A DNA stretch of 37,822 nt from the NCBI GenBank assembly GCA_035455045.1, contig DATIFW010000156.1, positions 1-37,822 on the forward strand, read 5' to 3'. Origin of the DNA: Thermoanaerobaculia bacterium. Its GTDB lineage: Bacteria; Acidobacteriota; Thermoanaerobaculia; UBA5066. The position numbers were made by a program, and so were the translations under genes. This document shows, one piece after another, positions 35,353 to 37,822 of the stretch (positions are counted from its first letter, which is position 1; every line of letters starts with the position of its first letter). The notes beneath the pieces are model-generated. The model searched no databases and was not told where the DNA came from. It was given only the letters and a program-made list of their open reading frames with translations.

Positions 35353-36033
35353 TTGACTCTCGAGCCCGGCGAAAGGCTCGGCCCATACGAAATCCTCGCC
35401 TTGCTGGGCGCGGGCGGGATGGGGGAGGTGTACGGGCGCGGGAAGCCTCCGGCTCATTTCCTCGCCGTGCTTCCGACGGGTTCGGGAGAGGAGCGAGCGC
35501 TGCCTCGCGGCGACGTGGAGAGGGGCTTTTGGGATGCGGTGTTCTTCCCAGACGGCAAGAGGATTCTTTTTTCGGGGACGGACAAGGCCGGCCGGCAGGG
35601 TCTCTTCGTCCAGGACCTCGAAGGCGGCCTCCCGCGACCTTTCGGACCCGACGGACTCGCGTGGCCGTCCGTTTCTCCGGACGGCCGATGGGTGGCGTCC
35701 TGGTCTGAGAAAGAGAAGAAGCTGATTCTGGTGACGGGAGAGGGCGAGCGGCGGCGAAGCCTCGACGCCGGACCCGAGCCCGACGACTTTCGGTGGAGTG
35801 CGGACGGACGCTCGCTGTTGTTGGCGCACTTCGAAGGAAGGCGCGTGCGAGTGCATCGCCTCGACGCGACGAGCGGCGCCCGGACGCTCGTGCGGGAGAT
35901 TCCCCGCCCGGGGGGCGAGGCGGGACTTCTCGGCCAGAGCAACGTCGTTCGCCTGTCAGCGGACGCGCGGTGGTGCGCGTTCGGCTACAAGAGCTCGCTC
36001 ACCGACCTCTACCTCGTCGAGGGTCTGAAGTAG
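35353..36033 (+). CDS. PD40-propeller protein carrying only the Gly-rich loop of a Ser/Thr kinase (probable in-frame deletion derivative of a kinase-propeller paralogue)
   Basis: N-terminal LGPYEILALLGAGGMGEVY matches LGPYEVAALLGAGGMGEVY of the 7541 gene, with a 23-nt identical DNA stretch ggcgcgggcgggatgggggaggt. It then runs directly into PD40 repeats (FFPDGKRILF, VSPDGRWVAS, WSADGRSLLL). TTG start, uncertain. Confidence 0.55.
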   Translation: MTLEPGERLGPYEILALLGAGGMGEVYGRGKPPAHFLAVLPTGSGEERALPRGDVERGFWDAVFFPDGKRILFSGTDKAGRQGLFVQDLEGGLPRPFGPDGLAWPSVSPDGRWVASWSEKEKKLILVTGEGERRRSLDAGPEPDDFRWSADGRSLLLAHFEGRRVRVHRLDATSGARTLVREIPRPGGEAGLLGQSNVVRLSADARWCAFGYKSSLTDLYLVEGLK

Positions 36034-36055
36034 CCTCTCGTTTATCCTCGCCGCA

Positions 36056-37708
36056 GTGCTTTACCGGCTGGAAAACGTCCGCAAGAGCTTCGGAACGAAG
36101 GACGTCCTCGTGGACGCGACGTGGCAGCACGATCCCGGCCGGATCGTGGGTCTCGTGGGCCGCAACGGGGCGGGGAAGACCACCGTCCTGAAGATCGTCC
36201 AGGGGTTGGTGGAGCCCGACGGCGGCAAGCTGCATGTCGCGGGTGGTACCTCGTTCGCCTCTCTCGACCAGGCGGTAGAGCCCGAGGGCGACGAACCGCT
36301 CCGGGCGTTCGTGGCGAGGGCCCAGGAGCCGCTTCTCGTGCTCGAACGCGAGATGCGGCGGTTGGAGGAGGCCATCGCCACGCACGGGGCCGACGGCGAC
36401 CGCGCGGCGCTCGACGCGCTCCTGGCCGAGCACGACGACGTGCGCGAGCACTTCGAGCGCGCGGGCGGCTACGAGGCGGACGCGCGCGTGGACCGCGTGC
36501 TGATGGGCGTCGGTCTTTCGCGCGCGTTCTGGGACCGGCCCGTCGGCGAGCTTTCGGGCGGGCAGAAGCATCGCGCCCAGATCGCCCGGCTGCTACTGAC
36601 GGACGCGTCGGTTCTCCTCCTCGACGAGCCGACGAACCATCTCGACGTGGCTGGAATCGAGTTCCTCGAGGGCTGGCTCGTGGAGCGGAAGACGGACGCC
36701 GGCCTCTCGGCGCTTGTCGTCTCGCACGACCGCCGCTTTCTCGATGCCGTCGCCGACCGCATCGTCGAGGTCGCGCACGGCCGTCTCGAAGACTATCCGG
36801 GCGACTACGCGACATACCGCAAGCTCAAGGCCGAGCGCGAGCGCCTCCGCGCGAAGGAGGCCGAGAAGCAGCGGCAGATGATCGAGCGGACCGAGGAGTT
36901 CATCCGCCGCAACATCGCCGGCCAGAAGACGAGGCAGGCGCAGGGCCGGCGGAAGATGCTGGCGCGGATCGAGCGGATCGAGGCGCCGAGGGAGGATGCG
37001 AACGAGGTCTCGATCCGGTTCGAGGAGGCGCGCGTTTCAGGAGGGCGCGTGCTCGAGGCCAAGAAGCTCGTCCCGGGCTACCGGGAGACCGGGCCGCTCC
37101 TTCAGCCGGTGTCGTTCCTCCTGCGCCGGGGGGACCGCCTCGCGCTCTGGGGGCCGAACGGCTGCGGCAAGACGACGCTCCTGAAGACGCTCGCGCGCGT
37201 GCTGCCTCCGCTTTCCGGCTCGGCCGTGCCGGGGACCGGCGTCCTCACCGGGTACTACGACCAGGAGATGAGCGACCTTCCGGTCGAGGCGACGGCGCTC
37301 GATGCCGTGATGGATCTCGACCCCACGATGAAAGAGAGCGAGGCCCGCGACTTCCTCGCGCTCTTCGACTTCCGCGGCGACGAGGTCTTCCAGAGGATCG
37401 CGACGCTTTCGGGAGGCGAAAAAGGGCGCCTCTCGCTCGCGCGCATCGTGTTTGGAGGCGCGAACTTTCTCCTCTTGGACGAGCCCACGAACCACCTCGA
37501 CCTCGACGCGCGCGAGCAGCTCGAGGACGCGCTGGAGGCATTCGAGGGGGCGATCGTCTTCGTGAGTCACGACCGCTGGTTCGTGGACCGCATCGCGACG
37601 CAGATGTTGGAGATTCGGGACGGGAAAGCCGAGCTCCACGAGGGGAACTACTCGGACCTCGTCAGGAGGAAGAAAGAGATTCTTGCTCCCGCTCGGGACG
37701 GGTCGTAG
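36056..37708 (+). CDS. ABC-F family ATPase (two ABC domains, no TM domain; translation-factor type)
   Basis: Walker A GRNGAGKTT and GPNGCGKTT. Signatures LSGGQKHR and LSGGEKGR. Charged inter-domain linker (KLKAERERLRAKEAEKQRQ). Confidence 0.9.
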   Translation: MLYRLENVRKSFGTKDVLVDATWQHDPGRIVGLVGRNGAGKTTVLKIVQGLVEPDGGKLHVAGGTSFASLDQAVEPEGDEPLRAFVARAQEPLLVLEREMRRLEEAIATHGADGDRAALDALLAEHDDVREHFERAGGYEADARVDRVLMGVGLSRAFWDRPVGELSGGQKHRAQIARLLLTDASVLLLDEPTNHLDVAGIEFLEGWLVERKTDAGLSALVVSHDRRFLDAVADRIVEVAHGRLEDYPGDYATYRKLKAERERLRAKEAEKQRQMIERTEEFIRRNIAGQKTRQAQGRRKMLARIERIEAPREDANEVSIRFEEARVSGGRVLEAKKLVPGYRETGPLLQPVSFLLRRGDRLALWGPNGCGKTTLLKTLARVLPPLSGSAVPGTGVLTGYYDQEMSDLPVEATALDAVMDLDPTMKESEARDFLALFDFRGDEVFQRIATLSGGEKGRLSLARIVFGGANFLLLDEPTNHLDLDAREQLEDALEAFEGAIVFVSHDRWFVDRIATQMLEIRDGKAELHEGNYSDLVRRKKEILAPARDGS

Positions 37709-37822
37709 AAGCGCGACGAGCTACAGTGGGGCGGGGGAGACGCGGTCTTTTCTTCGAAGGGTGAAAAGGGCGGGCGTTTGGGCACCGGCGCCAATTCCCA
37801 CCGTTCGCCCTCTTCCCCTTCT

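Overview
GC-rich bacterial chromosomal window. The gene content is reminiscent of Acidobacteriota- or Myxococcota-type genomes, but the taxon cannot be determined from the sequence alone. I support about 33 protein genes and find no rRNA, tRNA, CRISPR array, transposase or integrase. From left to right: (1) Beta-oxidation genes (the 3' end of a fadB/fadJ-like gene and a long acyl-CoA dehydrogenase), an MBL hydrolase, a secreted two-domain beta/gamma-crystallin, and a Bcp peroxiredoxin fused to a Pro/Ala linker and a histone-H1-like Lys-rich tail. (2) A nucleoside uptake and catabolism cluster (deoB ... nupC-punA-cdd-amidohydrolase-deoA), interrupted by a Ser/Thr-kinase/PD40-propeller gene and a globin gene, and carrying a structured palindromic repeat block in its one large internal gap. 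(3) Two tandem, divergently transcribed pairs, each a winged-helix+FHA regulator next to a small secreted HExxHxxGxxE protein. (4) A minus-strand, overlap-coupled operon encoding a Ser/Thr kinase-FGE fusion, an MpaB-like oxygenase, a TonB-dependent receptor and a membrane protein. (5) A ~9.5 kb, ten-gene plus-strand operon that I consider the best candidate for an undescribed system. It joins hydrogenase-type regulatory genes (2x DRTGG, an HATPase, and a HydA-like protein with degenerate H-cluster motifs) to NuoE/NuoF (HydC/HydB)-like subunits and a 1256-aa fusion protein. The fusion combines a 2Fe-2S domain, a GltD-like NAD(P)H flavoprotein, Fe-S domains and a truncated formate-dehydrogenase-like molybdopterin domain that lacks the Cys/Sec ligand. 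No true hydrogenase catalytic subunit is present. (6) A kinase-propeller deletion derivative and an ABC-F ATPase. Many long antisense or out-of-frame ORFs in the supplied track are GC-driven artefacts, and several real genes start well inside the listed ORFs.
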